This document shows, piece after piece, positions 63,569 through 64,000 of a stretch of DNA of 64,000 nucleotides (within the stretch, counting starts at the first letter, position 1; the number at the start of each line of letters is the position of its first letter). The notes under the pieces are model-generated. The model did no database searches. It worked only from the letters and a program-made list of their open reading frames with translations, and was not told the DNA's origin. Origin of the DNA: Trichoplax adhaerens (lineage: Eukaryota; Animalia; Placozoa); assembly GCF_000150275.1 (NCBI RefSeq), contig NW_002060949.1, forward strand, positions 5,203,006-5,267,005. Reading direction: 5' to 3'. The translations under genes were made by a program, and so were the position numbers.

Positions 63569-64000
63569 CTAGTGAATTTAATTATGTCTGCAATTAATAG
63601 TTATTCCTTATTGTATTCCGATTAGCTTTATGCTATTCATTCTGACAATCAATTGTAATGAAATTTGCAAATAAGTTATAGAAACTATCAATGGGTTGTA
63701 TAGCATCTAAATCCGATTTCGTATGTACGTGAGGCACATTCTTAGATTATAATAGCTCAAAATGATTGATATATTCCATACTCTAATGGGTAATGACCTG
63801 CCAACGGAAAATAATGTACGCAGCGGTACTATGAAACTTCTCTTAATTTTCTACGTTTGCTGCTAACAGCGATGGAAATTATGTAACACGAAGTAACGTT
63901 GAAGTTACGTATAATAACTCGTTATATCTATCATAATTGTAACGTACAATCAATATCTCGTGAACGTTATATAAATCAAGTAGATCTTTCTGAAGTGATT

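Overview
AT-rich, gene-dense animal genomic DNA with short (mostly 70-150 nt) spliceosomal introns. Gene content, intron size and promoter-associated ACAGT/ACTGT pentamer arrays suggest a placozoan (Trichoplax-like); this is inferred, not verified. Manual exon assembly gives about 16 genes, almost all alternating in strand: PHF3/DIDO1-like (5' partial, +), UQCC2 (-), IQCC (+), a putative 62-aa orphan with a 12-nt micro-exon (-), TMEM241 (+), bacterial/plant-type proline iminopeptidase (-), an RD/RG-rich Btz/THRAP3-motif protein (+), ZC2HC1A (-), squalene synthase FDFT1 (+), a divergent BMP5-8-type ligand (+), a TXNDC5-like PDI (-), EBAG9 (-), MED30 (+), a coiled-coil ORF (-), RPLP1 (+) and a 5'-partial gene in which ZNF512-type zinc-finger pairs appear spliced in frame to TFIIIC110/GTF3C2 (-). 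The main leads are: (1) the apparent ZNF512-GTF3C2 fusion; (2) a tandem repeat in FDFT1 intron 1 that copies the exon-1 splice donor five times, creating candidate 6-nt micro-exons and one AG|GTAAG site; (3) a BMP5-8/TXNDC5 tail-to-tail pair matching human BMP6-TXNDC5; (4) the hidden small gene; (5) palindrome-centred ACAGT arrays at divergent promoters. No rRNA, tRNA, CRISPR array or autonomous transposon was recognised. Homology calls come from recalled motifs, not database searches.
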